A stretch of 64,000 bases of DNA from Clostridia bacterium (GTDB taxonomy: Bacteria; Bacillota; Clostridia; Oscillospirales; CAG-272): positions 1-64,000 of the forward strand of contig JAFTOB010000160.1 in NCBI GenBank assembly GCA_017451545.1, in the 5' to 3' direction. The position numbers were made by a program, and so were the translations under genes. The notes under the pieces were generated by a model that searched no databases, had not been told where the DNA came from, and saw only the letters and a program-made list of their open reading frames with translations. The first letter of the stretch is position 1. Each line of letters opens with the position of its first letter. Below, piece by piece: positions 48,801-57,873 of the stretch.

Positions 48801-48818
48801 GAAGCTGATATTTTTCAT
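45816..48818 (-). CDS. Membrane protein with two von Willebrand factor A domains (BatB-like)
   Basis: N-terminal TM helices. Two VWA units (around ADVSYS...ITDG and around LDSSLSM...ISDG). C-terminal TM helix. The start is chosen at the internal M (MKNISFDNPYLF) and overlaps the upstream gene. Confidence 0.7.
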   Translation of the reverse strand: MKNISFDNPYLFLVAIPLVLAVLIPFLIAIRKDNRNGHVIASFILHFVIIVAIVFALAGTVVTTVITETNVYIVADVSYSANRNLDTVDQYIDALVKENLPMNSKVGLICFGADYELVTEMGEELESVKNAKVDSGATHIAPALDYAAGLFKDNVIKRIVLITDGKQTNSEDTKELIASIENLRAQNIYIDTIYLDNNLKEDDLEVQITGVDFTKSTYLNHETTANVLLQSTYDAQTILSVYRNSVNVSTQAVQLSRGYNVVNVELETGDEGDFDYEIKISSKDDVSPHNNSYSFTQSVSGDISVLLVTPLASDLDAIHRIYGANAKIDAFISDPKVKLPEGKYDEESLLDKLPVTVEALCEYDEIIISNQDVRELDNYTAFIGNVDKVVSLFGKSLVTVGDLKIQNKTDEVLKQLEDMLPVKFGNSDQKEKLYAIVLDSSLSMDQASRLITLKKAAVEFLGTLNADDYVSVISFSGDVKVVYKPVRVGDYRQEIEDRINAIRPTQGTFLGSALFQAAELMKDQPFDSREVYLISDGRAFGEETPNAIDVVKDMSAEGINTSAIYPCPPADNTDEGLSMMKSIAKYGNGKFYEIKEDGNLTDMNTMAGLRGGESVYLELYKGKILKLYISTFNGDADEIELSITYIGDEQVDSAGDPTNPTKNYLAYGDNKITVSKEDIDKGGIEYWFVSPAVGTYVLSTDDENAWVQYEMSADMMDQLKETVIEEKSPVNISKEHDDVLEGIKRLPDLYGYVYSSAKASATTVLTTEYTRTGEGVAKPPIYVYWSYGNGKVSTFTSSISGEWARDWVDSTGQDFLENVLEVNTPSEKINDPYSVSVEYDGESSFIEVIPAVLNPYATMHMEITLPNGETIADQLLFNSTGYYYEFATPDLGKYKITFTYSYDDHEYVSDTYFNVSYSPEYDSFATFSASDLNQAIRGNGTITENGVPKIENDEKEISTYKVNYTVPLLIIAVALYVIDIIIRKLKWVDIKSLFVKTKTS

Positions 48819-50646
48819 AGCAATACACCGCCCAATCTGCCGCAAAAATCACCGCCAAACAGATAAATACGATGAGCAGACTGTCATACGTACCGTCAAA
48901 TCCGCCGGGCTCGGCCGTTCCCGTGAGGCTGAAATCTTCAGCAGAGGCCTGCGGCAGGCGCTCGCTCTCGGGAAGCTCTGAATAAATTTTGAAAACTCTC
49001 GGGTTATCCGACACCGTAACGGTAACGGTGTAGGTTCCCACCTCGGTAAGCGTGTAATCGCTGATTGCGCCCGCAGTATCAAGATAGGATATCTTGCCGC
49101 CGGGGCTGTCAACTCTGATGCTGTCGCAGTTTGCGATAACGTTCACGCTCAGCTCGTCTCCGCAGTAGTAGGAGGACTTTTCAATGACCTCGGGGAAAGA
49201 ATATTCCATAAAGTTCTTAACAAGGGCAATGAAATCCACCAGCACGGGGAGGTTTGAATCCTGCAGGCTGAATGCGAATACCACTTCTCTGTTTCCGTAG
49301 GTATTGGTGCCCGTAAAGACCACGGGGTTACCCTGATAGGTGAACAGAGGGGTGAACTTTCGGTAAAGACCGCACTTCACGAACCGTGTGATATATATAT
49401 CCTTACCGCCCACTCCCGCAGTCAGCTTTCTGACCACCGAGGAACTGTCCTTCGACATGGTGACGGTGCTCGGATCCTCAAGAGTTACGTCTCCCTGCAC
49501 GCTGAAGCCCGAATTGTCCACGCTCGCAGAGGGATTGATGATCCATACGGCGCCATCCCGTGGCAGCTCCGAAGGATCGTAGGAATCGAAAATATAAAGT
49601 CCGTAGCCGCTCTGACCCGTATATTCATCGGGTAGCATTACGTCTATGTTGGAGTATCCCGTGGCCGACAGCGCGCTTCTTATAAAGAAGGGGTTGGGGC
49701 TGACCGCTAAGATCTTGTAGGAATCGTCGCCGCTCTTTACGTTGTACACGATGACCTCGTTATCAAGAGCGAGAGAATCGTCGGATTCCAATACGACCTT
49801 TATGGACTTATAGCTCTTGCACTGGCAAGCAAGCTCAAAGGGAGTGCTCTCCCCTGCCTTTACCTCGACGGTTTCGACGGCGTTCGCCTCGGCGGCGTCA
49901 TCCACGTAGAGCTTGACCGTAAAGGTGGCATCCGCGAGGTAGGAGATCGCATTGCCGCTGACATTCAGCCTTCCCGCCGAAAGCACGGGGATGATACTGT
50001 TGATGGCTGCGTTCTTCTCCTTGCCCGCCACGTTGATGACCTCAACGTTGCCGTGTGCGGCATATGCGGTATCGGTGACAAGGTAGGTCAGGATCGATGG
50101 GCTTTCGTTGAAATACTTCTGCGCCTCGCTGATCGCCTCTGCCGTATCGGTCTCGCAATGGGAGGGCTCTATCTCATCCAGCAGAACGAGCACCTTTTCC
50201 TTGTCGGTCTCGCCCTCGAAGACCACTCTCGTGCCGTCGCCGTAATAAACGAGCGAGAATCTGCTTCCGTCCACGGCGTCGCCGACAAGCTCGGATATTT
50301 TCTCCTTGCCCATCTCAAATCGGGTCTTCCCTTCCTCGGAGACCATATTCATACTGCCCGTGCCGTCAAGCACGAAGCAATATTCATTGGCCGCGTTGGG
50401 GATGGTGACGATGGGATGAGCTATGGCCAGCGAGATAAAGAGAACTGCCAGAAGCTGAAGGATGAGGCTGATAAGTCCCGTCATTCGGCTGATGGGGTTC
50501 TTTCTTTTGAGAAATTTTTCGCTGAGCGTCCACAGATAGGTGGATGCCACAAGCTGCTCCGTATATTTGCTTTTTATTATGTATATGATTATCAGGATCG
50601 GAATTCCGATAAGTCCCAACAATCCGAGTGGGTATAAGAAGGTCAC
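48796..50646 (-). CDS. BatA-like membrane protein with a VWA domain
   Basis: BatA N-terminal TM motif (MTFLYPLGLLGLIGIPILIIIY), VWA (LDGTGSM ... TDTA) and a C-terminal TM anchor. ATGA overlap with DUF58. Confidence 0.75.
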   Translation of the reverse strand: MTFLYPLGLLGLIGIPILIIIYIIKSKYTEQLVASTYLWTLSEKFLKRKNPISRMTGLISLILQLLAVLFISLAIAHPIVTIPNAANEYCFVLDGTGSMNMVSEEGKTRFEMGKEKISELVGDAVDGSRFSLVYYGDGTRVVFEGETDKEKVLVLLDEIEPSHCETDTAEAISEAQKYFNESPSILTYLVTDTAYAAHGNVEVINVAGKEKNAAINSIIPVLSAGRLNVSGNAISYLADATFTVKLYVDDAAEANAVETVEVKAGESTPFELACQCKSYKSIKVVLESDDSLALDNEVIVYNVKSGDDSYKILAVSPNPFFIRSALSATGYSNIDVMLPDEYTGQSGYGLYIFDSYDPSELPRDGAVWIINPSASVDNSGFSVQGDVTLEDPSTVTMSKDSSSVVRKLTAGVGGKDIYITRFVKCGLYRKFTPLFTYQGNPVVFTGTNTYGNREVVFAFSLQDSNLPVLVDFIALVKNFMEYSFPEVIEKSSYYCGDELSVNVIANCDSIRVDSPGGKISYLDTAGAISDYTLTEVGTYTVTVTVSDNPRVFKIYSELPESERLPQASAEDFSLTGTAEPGGFDGTYDSLLIVFICLAVIFAADWAVYCYEKYQLR

Positions 50647-51527
50647 TTCAATACCTCCATATCGGTCAGTTTTCCGAAGAAGATCTCGGCCATGGAGTCC
50701 TCCGCGTTTGTCAGCATATAAGCTGCGCCGCGGGCTTCACAATAATTTTTGATCCTGTCAACGGTGTACTGCAGCGCATCCTTATAGGCGCGCACGATCT
50801 CGCGATCGATCTTTTTTCTGTATGACTTTCGCGTATTTTCCGAATCGAAAAGGTGCATCTTTCCGCGAAGCTGGGGGTTCATCTCTTCCCTCGACAGCAC
50901 CTGAATGCAAAGAATATCCCTGCGCTTATCGGCCAGGTGGTCTATGGCGTCCTCGTAGTTGTTGTCGGTGAGGAAGTCGGAGATTATGACCGACATACCG
51001 TCGCCGTGACCCACGCGGGACTGAAGAATGGCGTCCGAAATAAAGCTGTCACCGTCAAACTCGATCTCGTTGAGCTTGCCGATGGAGCCGATATACGCCT
51101 CTTTGCCCACTATCCCGTTCAGCACGTCGATGACCTGACTGTCGCGGATGATAAAGATGGAAACCTTTTCCATTTCACAGATCGAGATATACGCCAACGT
51201 AGCGGCCAAGCGCAAGGCTTGCTCTGCCTTCTGTCCTCTGCCGTAATCCATGGAGCGGCTGGCGTCGATATAGATCCTCGTGTGCATCTGACGCTCGTCG
51301 AGATAAAGCTTTTCGTAAAGCTTATCGAAGCGCGCGTATGCGTTCCAGTCGATCTTCGTCACGTCATCGCCCGGCATATAGTCGCGGTAATCCACAAATT
51401 CGCAGGACGAGCCGTAGGTCTTACTCTTACGGTTGCCCCCGAACATACCGGCTATATTGTTTTTGAGCAGGGTCTGCAGAGTTTCGATCTGCTGCAAAAG
51501 CTCCTCATTTACCGTAAATTTTGCCAT
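50643..51527 (-). CDS. DUF58 domain protein (MoxR partner)
   Basis: Conserved DUF58 core (EFVDYRDYMPGDDVTKIDWNAYAR). Canonical position after MoxR. Confidence 0.85.
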   Translation of the reverse strand: MAKFTVNEELLQQIETLQTLLKNNIAGMFGGNRKSKTYGSSCEFVDYRDYMPGDDVTKIDWNAYARFDKLYEKLYLDERQMHTRIYIDASRSMDYGRGQKAEQALRLAATLAYISICEMEKVSIFIIRDSQVIDVLNGIVGKEAYIGSIGKLNEIEFDGDSFISDAILQSRVGHGDGMSVIISDFLTDNNYEDAIDHLADKRRDILCIQVLSREEMNPQLRGKMHLFDSENTRKSYRKKIDREIVRAYKDALQYTVDRIKNYCEARGAAYMLTNAEDSMAEIFFGKLTDMEVLK

Positions 51528-51533
51528 ATCAAC

Positions 51534-52523
51534 TTACTTTGAGAGCTTTTTGTTTTCTCTTACGAGCATACCGATAACGTCATCGGCGGTCAATCTCTCG
51601 TTAACTGCGGTGTAGTTTACCTTGATTCTGTGTCTGAGAACGGGGCAAGCCAGCGCGTCGATGTCGGCGTAGGAGACGTTGTAGTTGCCGTTTACAAGGG
51701 CGCGAACCTTGGCGCAGGTGATGAGGGCCTGAGCCGCACGGGGGGATGCGCCGTACTTTATGTACTTCTTTGCGGTGACAGAGGTATCGTCAAGCTCGGG
51801 GTGAGTGTTGGAGACGAGATTGATGGCGTAGTTCAGTACGTCACCAATTACCGGGACGGTGGCCGCAAGGGCTCTCATTTCCATGATCTCCTCGCCGTTG
51901 ACCGAAGCCTCGGCGGTCTCCTCCATGGTGATCTGGGTCATTCTGACGATATCTGCAAGCTCGGCCTTGTTCGGGAACTTCATAAGAAGCTTGAAGACGA
52001 AGCGGTCCATCTGAGCCTCGGGCAGCGGGTAGGTTCCGTCCTGCTCCACGGGGTTCTCGGTTGCGAGCACGAAGAAGGGCTCGTCGATCTTATATGTCTC
52101 GCCTGCCACGGTAACCTTGTGCTCCTGCATGACCTCAAGCATTGCGGACTGGGTCTTGGGGGTTGCACGGTTGATCTCGTCGGCAAGGACGAGGTTGGCG
52201 AAGATGGGGCCCTTGCGGAAGCTGGTGTTGAGCTTTCCGTTATCGTCCTTTTCGACGATATTGGTACCCGTAACGTCGGAAGGCATAAGGTCGGGGGTGA
52301 ACTGAATACGCGAGAAGGGGAGCTGGAGGGTCTTGGCCAGCGAACGGACCAGACGGGTCTTACCTACTCCGGGAACACCCTCAAGCAGAACGTTTCCGCC
52401 TGCGATGATCGCGATAATAACGTTATCGATTATTTCCTGCTGACCGACAACGTCGCGTGCCAGCTGCTCCTTGATTGCGGCGATCTTCTGGCTGAATGCC
52501 GCTACTCTTTCCATGTTTTCCAT
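51534..52523 (-). CDS. MoxR-family AAA+ ATPase
   Basis: Walker A GVPGVGKT, Walker B LADEINR, and the MoxR-specific insert. Confidence 0.9.
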   Translation of the reverse strand: MENMERVAAFSQKIAAIKEQLARDVVGQQEIIDNVIIAIIAGGNVLLEGVPGVGKTRLVRSLAKTLQLPFSRIQFTPDLMPSDVTGTNIVEKDDNGKLNTSFRKGPIFANLVLADEINRATPKTQSAMLEVMQEHKVTVAGETYKIDEPFFVLATENPVEQDGTYPLPEAQMDRFVFKLLMKFPNKAELADIVRMTQITMEETAEASVNGEEIMEMRALAATVPVIGDVLNYAINLVSNTHPELDDTSVTAKKYIKYGASPRAAQALITCAKVRALVNGNYNVSYADIDALACPVLRHRIKVNYTAVNERLTADDVIGMLVRENKKLSK

Positions 52524-52540
52524 AATATATCCTTCCTTTA

Positions 52541-54004
52541 TTATTCTTTATCTTCTGTTCCGCTGAAGAGCACGTCGAAATACGCGTCCAGCAGATCCTT
52601 AAATTCATCGGAGATCTGACCGCTGAGGACATCCTCCAGATATTTTCCGTGGTATGCTCCGAGGGACTCGCCGTAAAGGACGGTCTCCTTCTTCTCGGGA
52701 TCGTAAATATAGGACTCGTCGCTTCCGTATATGATGTTTCCGGTTCCTATACCGCCGTCAGAGACCACCTCGTCCTCATCGTCCTCGGGCTTGACGTTCT
52801 CGTCATTCTTGTCGCCTCCCACATTACCGTCGGAGGGCAGATTTGCGTTGAGATCGGGCAGCTCATCGGCCTTGATGCCGAAGAGCTCGGTGAGCTTTGC
52901 TATGACCTTATCCCTCATTTCAAGGTTGGTCTTCTGGTAGGACAGCGCGTCCACCAGATCGTCGCAGGCCGTGGCAAATGCGTTGTCGGTCTGCAGTCCG
53001 TCATTGCTCGAGTCGCCGTCGCTTCCCACAAGTCTCAGCGAGTCGGCAAAGTTATACAGCGCGATGTTGAGATATATCTCGTTGTCGGTCATCGCGCCCT
53101 CAAGAGCCAGCTCGATTCCCGCGGCGAAGGCTGTGGCAAGATCGGCCACGTCGCTCACCATAAAATTACTTACGTAAAGCACGTCCATTTTGTCGCGCAC
53201 CGACAAAGGATCGAGCAGCTCGATGATCTTTCCGAGCTTCTGCATCGAATCGTCCTCGCTCTCCAGCATCTTGCGGCTGATGGCAAGGTAAGTATTGGCA
53301 TTGTCGGAGATCAGGTCAACGTCCACGATGGCGGCTATAACCGTCTCCTTCATTTCGCTCTCGGTCTCCACCACCTTGGTCAGCGCGTAGAGCAGATCCT
53401 CAAGGGTATCGACCGTGCTGTCCTTGGCCTCCTGCTCCATTTCGGATTCCCTGACCTCACGGATCAGATCCTCAAGAGCGACCCTTTGATATTCCGAAAT
53501 TGCCCACGGGATCTCGATCTCTTCGTTTGAATCGTCGAGTGCCTCTGCCTTACCGGGGATGACGAAGGCCGTGACCAGCATTGCGGCCGCAAGCACGAAG
53601 GCAACAGTGATCGCCACGATTCCCCGCAGCCCGACGCCTCTCGTGGTAGCCGCGCTCAGGCGGTTGTCAGCATCCACTCTTTGAAGAGCGATCATAGGGC
53701 CGTTATGCTGCTTATAAGCCACCATCGTCTGTGCTCTTTCGCCGAAATTCAGGGCGCGGTCGATCTTTTTCGCCGCCCGCTTTTCGCTCGGCATAAGCAC
53801 GAGGACTACGATTCCCGCAACGGCCACGGCGGGCGCAACTGATGCGATCAGCATTATTATTTTATCAATTGTCAAGATCTCAAATTTTGAAAGAGTCGTA
53901 AGCACCGCCGCGATGACGCACCCGACGGCTACGCCGAGCAGCGATCCTCTGATCCACGCTCCGACGCACATTTTTCGTTTGAATTTTTTAAATCCTTCTC
54001 CCAT
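52541..54004 (-). CDS. Membrane protein, unknown function; first gene of the MoxR operon
   Basis: Three TM helices in the N-terminal third, then an acidic soluble region. Confidence 0.55.
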   Translation of the reverse strand: MGEGFKKFKRKMCVGAWIRGSLLGVAVGCVIAAVLTTLSKFEILTIDKIIMLIASVAPAVAVAGIVVLVLMPSEKRAAKKIDRALNFGERAQTMVAYKQHNGPMIALQRVDADNRLSAATTRGVGLRGIVAITVAFVLAAAMLVTAFVIPGKAEALDDSNEEIEIPWAISEYQRVALEDLIREVRESEMEQEAKDSTVDTLEDLLYALTKVVETESEMKETVIAAIVDVDLISDNANTYLAISRKMLESEDDSMQKLGKIIELLDPLSVRDKMDVLYVSNFMVSDVADLATAFAAGIELALEGAMTDNEIYLNIALYNFADSLRLVGSDGDSSNDGLQTDNAFATACDDLVDALSYQKTNLEMRDKVIAKLTELFGIKADELPDLNANLPSDGNVGGDKNDENVKPEDDEDEVVSDGGIGTGNIIYGSDESYIYDPEKKETVLYGESLGAYHGKYLEDVLSGQISDEFKDLLDAYFDVLFSGTEDKE

Positions 54005-54188
54005 ATTCAGTTCCTTTCTTTGGGATTTGGGTAACAGCTTAAATCAAGTTTTCCGTGCCTTTCTTCACCCTTTGACAAAACGGCACAATACGGACATTAT
54101 AATTAGAATTATTATATCAAAAAATCGCCTTTTTGTCAACAGTTTATATATATAAAGTAGGCTTTATGGAAAAAGTTAACATATAGAA

Positions 54189-54221
54189 AAGCCTCCCGAT
54201 CAGTTCGGGAGGCTGTTTTGG
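54189..54221. terminator. Hairpin overlapping the pnuC stop codon (gcctcccgatcagttcgggaggc plus a T-run)
   Basis: Perfect 9-bp stem. The T-run is on the plus side and an A-run is on the other side. Confidence 0.45.
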
Positions 54222-54898
54222 TCGTGCTTCATCCTTTGCCAGCTTACAAAGCCGTAAATATCGTTGAAGAAAAACATTATAAAGCAGGCAACCATTGGAA
54301 CGTAGGATATATCTGCCAGCGATGCCATGACCCAAAGGATGATAAGCACCACGTCGTTTGCCGCGTAGCCGATGGCGTAATAGGGGCTTCTGAAGACCAT
54401 CAGCATTGATGCAAGCCAGCTCGTAGCCACAGAAAGTGTGCTTACCTCAAGATTTGTGGTGCCCAGCGCGCCGAGAATAAAGTAAAATGCCACGGTGACG
54501 GCGATGCAGGTTGAAAATATTATGGCCGCCGAGCCGAGCTTGAGCTTTTTTGCCACCTCGACTTGGGAGCTCTGCTTGTACGGGTGGCGGATCCAGGAGA
54601 TCAGCGCCATAACCGCCGTCGGCGTGGTCATACAAAGATATGTTATCATTTCGCCGTAATATCCGAAAAAGAAGGATACGGTGCCGTAAAAGACCGAGAA
54701 GATTATGACCAATATCTGCCCGATGACCATTCCCTTCGCGAGAAAGATCAAGGCTGTCACGCCGAAAAGAGACGAGACGAGGGTCAGATAATCATTACTG
54801 TGAAATATGAAAAATGAAGCCGCCACAACCACGACCGAGACCAGCCACAGCGCGACCTCGAATTTTGTCAGCTCCTTGAATTGCTTGAAAAATTTCAT
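54200..54898 (-). CDS. pnuC: Nicotinamide riboside transporter PnuC-family membrane protein
   Basis: About 230 aa with seven or eight TM helices and a C-terminal motif NDIYGFVSWQRM resembling the PnuC signature. Family call is from memory only. Confidence 0.5.
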   Translation of the reverse strand: MKFFKQFKELTKFEVALWLVSVVVVAASFFIFHSNDYLTLVSSLFGVTALIFLAKGMVIGQILVIIFSVFYGTVSFFFGYYGEMITYLCMTTPTAVMALISWIRHPYKQSSQVEVAKKLKLGSAAIIFSTCIAVTVAFYFILGALGTTNLEVSTLSVATSWLASMLMVFRSPYYAIGYAANDVVLIILWVMASLADISYVPMVACFIMFFFNDIYGFVSWQRMKHDQNSLPN

Positions 54899-54933
54899 AC
54901 GTTCTCCTTTTGAAGATATAACTGTCGACCTTC

Positions 54934-55075
54934 AGCCGACGAGGGGTTTTTCGCCTTTTGTGATCGGATAAGCTCTCTCACCCACAAGACTTGCGAACGG
55001 AAAAAGCCCGTCCGCCACGCGGCATCGGTGTTCAGCCGACGAGGGCTTTTTCGCCTTTTGTGATCGGATGAGCTT
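54934..55075 (-). promoter_or_regulatory. Two 42-bp imperfect direct repeats exactly 100 bp apart in the pnuC 5' leader
   Basis: cagccgacgagggNtttttcgccttttgtgatcggatNagct at 54934..54975 and 55034..55075. Candidate tandem regulatory RNA element or operator. Confidence 0.35.
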
Positions 55076-55215
55076 CACCGTAAAACCTTATATTATATCA
55101 CAAATGCACCCAAACCCGCATCTTCTAAGACCTAACGACGCGATTTGAGTGCATTGCACACTACCCGGTGGCAGTTTTGTTATTTTCTTAATTTTATCAC
55201 AGATTCCCCGAAAAG

Positions 55216-55650
55216 TCAACCCTTGACATCAAATTTTCTCTGACACCTGGGGCAACAGGCCACGTGCGTGCCTCCTCGCTTGGGAAGGCGCAGAACGGCG
55301 TGGCAGGCGGGACATTTTCTGTAAACGTGGGTCTTTCTGTCCTTGAATTTATTCTTTTGCAACTTGAAAAAGCCCTTGATCCTTCTGAAAATGCCGAAAA
55401 CGAAATCGTTTTCCTTTCTTCTCGCCAAGCGGTTGTGCGAAAAAGCGCGGAACAGCATATATCCGACGGTCAGAATCTCCAGAATTATAAAAACGAACGA
55501 ATTCACAAAAAGATTTATAATTATGAAAAGCATAGCGACGCCGAAAAGGACGAAATAGAGCTTATCTATTCCGTACGATCCCGAAAAAGTTCTGTACAGC
55601 CATTGCTTGAATTTACCCATTTTAATTGATCCTTTCAAATTCTTCTGCAA
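55216..55650 (-). CDS. Membrane protein with a C-terminal zinc-ribbon
   Basis: Two TM helices followed by CPACH...CCPRC. Confidence 0.5.
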   Translation of the reverse strand: MQKNLKGSIKMGKFKQWLYRTFSGSYGIDKLYFVLFGVAMLFIIINLFVNSFVFIILEILTVGYMLFRAFSHNRLARRKENDFVFGIFRRIKGFFKLQKNKFKDRKTHVYRKCPACHAVLRLPKRGGTHVACCPRCQRKFDVKG

Positions 55651-55867
55651 TTATACTATATTTTGCCCGCTTTTGCAACAGCTTTGACCGCTTGTTTACA
55701 AAGAAGTGTAAAAAAGTTTGTTTTTGACACAAAAAACATAAAATCAGGACTGCCTAATTTGGATGTAGAAGGCGTGATCGGGTTCTCGTCGCTGTACTCG
55801 GTACTGCAGAGAGCCCGAGCGCGTCTAAAAAACGCACATAAAAAATGAAATCCGCAAGGATTTCTAC

Positions 55868-55910
55868 CTAAAGAACCGCTTATTCCATCGGTTTTGATAG
55901 AAAAAGCGGT
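55868..55910. terminator. Long-stem hairpin terminator
   Basis: aaagaaccgctt...aagcggttcttt with an AT-rich run. Confidence 0.45.
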
Positions 55911-55978
55911 TCTTTTTATTTGATTTGTGCGTTTTTGGTCTGCGCCAAAGTAGGCAGTCCTGCGAGTCAAATATTCTC

Positions 55979-56386
55979 TCAGATATACTTCTTAACGATA
56001 TCCGATGCCTCTTCGCTGGGAATGGAAGAGGTGATGATCATATTGACGTTGTGGTGCTGGAGAAGCTCGTCGAGCTCAAGCAGCATCTTCTCGAAGGAAG
56101 GAACGTCGTTGTTGCAGATCTTGAGTGCCGAGTCGATGAAGAGATCGGTCACGTCGTGATTGCTGGCCAGAATTCCCGAAACAAAGCCGTAGAGAGACTG
56201 TGCGTCGAAAATAAAGTAATCGTTTGTATTTATCAAGCGAGCCTGATACTTAATATCGAATCTGAGCTTTACACCGCGCTCAATGCAAACAACGTCGCCA
56301 TGAGACTCAGCGGTTGCCTTATTGACCATTTCGATCAGAGTTTTTGTTTTGCCGGTACCTTTAACACCGATAATCAGTTTTAACAT
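55979..56386 (-). CDS. Small P-loop NTPase (135 aa) of unknown function
   Basis: Walker A GVKGTGKT at residues 7-14 and a Walker-B-like hydrophobic strand ending in D (DLFID). Confidence 0.5.
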   Translation of the reverse strand: MLKLIIGVKGTGKTKTLIEMVNKATAESHGDVVCIERGVKLRFDIKYQARLINTNDYFIFDAQSLYGFVSGILASNHDVTDLFIDSALKICNNDVPSFEKMLLELDELLQHHNVNMIITSSIPSEEASDIVKKYI

Positions 56387-56469
56387 CTTTTTCCTCCTGT
56401 AACTGAAGTAATACTATTATACACTATGTTTTCAAAAAATGCAATACTATTTTTGTGCAAATTTTAAAA

Positions 56470-57807
56470 TTATTTCAGTCTTTTCTCAAGTTCTGCGCGT
56501 CTGTCCTCAAATCCGGGCTTTCCGAGGAGGGCAAACATATTCTTCTTGTAGGCCTCAACGCCGGGCTGGTCGAAGGGGTTAACGCCCAGCATATAACCGG
56601 AAATGGCGCAGGAGAGCCAGAAGAAGTAGATCATGTAACCGACGGAATATGCGGAGCGATCCTTGATATCAAGGACGATATTGGGGACGCCGCCGTCGTT
56701 ATGAGCGAGGACGGTTGCGGTTCTCGCGGTGCTGTTGACGTCATAAAGAGTCTTGCCCGAGAGGAAGTTCAGACCGTCGATGTTGTTCTCATCGTTGGGT
56801 ATAACTATCTCGCTGTCGGGCTGACCGATGGACATAACAGTCTCAAACAGGAAGCGCTGACCCTCCTGAATGTACTGTCCGAGGGAGTGGAGATCGGTGG
56901 AGAAAATGACCGAGGAGGGGTAAATTCCGCGGTTGTCCTTACCCTCGCTCTCGCCGAAGAGCTGCTTCCACCACTCGCTGAACATCTGCAGGTAGGGCTC
57001 GTAGCCGACGAGGATCTCAACGTTCTTGCCCTTACGGAGAAGAATGTTTCTGATTGCGGCGTACTTGTAGCTGTCGTTCTTGCTGATATCGGCAGAGGTA
57101 AGCTCGGTGCGAGCGGCCTCGGCACCTGCCATCAGCTCGTCGATATCGATGCCTGCAACGGCGATGGGAAGAAGACCGACGGCACTGAGGACGGAATATC
57201 TGCCGCCCATGTCATCCGGAACGACGAAGGTCTCGTAGCCCGACTTATCCGAGAAGCTGCGGAGAGTTCCCTTCTCCTTATCGGTGGTAACGAAGATATG
57301 CTTTGCCGCGCCATCCTTGCCGTACTTGCTCTCCAGCATATCGCGGAAGATACGGAAGGCAACTGCGGTCTCGGTGGTGGTTCCCGACTTGGAAATAACG
57401 TTGATGCAAACGTCCTTACCCTCGCAGATCTCAAGGAGCTCCTTCATATCCGAAGAGCTGAGGTTGCAGCCCGAGAAGTAAATGTCGGGGGTGTCCTTCT
57501 TGAGGTTGTTGTAGCGAGGAGACTTGAGAAATTCGATAACTGCGCGTGCGCCGAGGTAAGAGCCGCCGATACCGGTGACGATGAACACGTCACAGCTCTT
57601 CTGAATCTTCTTTGCCGCTTCCTTTATTCTTGCGAACTCCTCTTTGTCATAGTTGCAGGATGCGGTTCTCCAACCGAGAAAATCGTTTCCTGCGCCGGTC
57701 TTATTGACCAGCATTTCGTGTGCCGCGTTAACGAGCGGCTGAATGTTTGCATACTCGTTGCTTCCGATAAAATCGGAGAGATGCTTGTCGTTGAGTTTGA
57801 CTGCCAT
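56470..57807 (-). CDS. pgi: Glucose-6-phosphate isomerase
   Basis: PGI signatures ([21 protein letters not shown]). Confidence 0.9.
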   Translation of the reverse strand: MAVKLNDKHLSDFIGSNEYANIQPLVNAAHEMLVNKTGAGNDFLGWRTASCNYDKEEFARIKEAAKKIQKSCDVFIVTGIGGSYLGARAVIEFLKSPRYNNLKKDTPDIYFSGCNLSSSDMKELLEICEGKDVCINVISKSGTTTETAVAFRIFRDMLESKYGKDGAAKHIFVTTDKEKGTLRSFSDKSGYETFVVPDDMGGRYSVLSAVGLLPIAVAGIDIDELMAGAEAARTELTSADISKNDSYKYAAIRNILLRKGKNVEILVGYEPYLQMFSEWWKQLFGESEGKDNRGIYPSSVIFSTDLHSLGQYIQEGQRFLFETVMSIGQPDSEIVIPNDENNIDGLNFLSGKTLYDVNSTARTATVLAHNDGGVPNIVLDIKDRSAYSVGYMIYFFWLSCAISGYMLGVNPFDQPGVEAYKKNMFALLGKPGFEDRRAELEKRLK

Positions 57808-57873
57808 AGTCTTTAAAATCCCCTTTCAGGATCCGAAACGTATTTTTCGGATCAATCCTTACTTTTTATACAT

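Noticed and set aside
55656-55970. 104-aa ORF between the Zn-ribbon gene and the P-loop gene
   Set aside because: It covers an intergenic region that includes a long-stem terminator hairpin. It has no RBS and an odd composition.
56455-57816. 453-aa plus-strand ORF
   Set aside because: Antisense to glucose-6-phosphate isomerase, which is unambiguous. Similarly rejected: 58880..60190 antisense to galM, 60159..61166 antisense to galE, 61322..62341 antisense to the sugar kinase, 62379..63314 antisense to the nucleotidyltransferase, 32229..33314 antisense to ffh, 19942..20709 antisense to potA, 15845..16528 and 15187..16047 antisense to flotillin and the membrane gene, 51630..52619 antisense to moxR, and 52649..53530.
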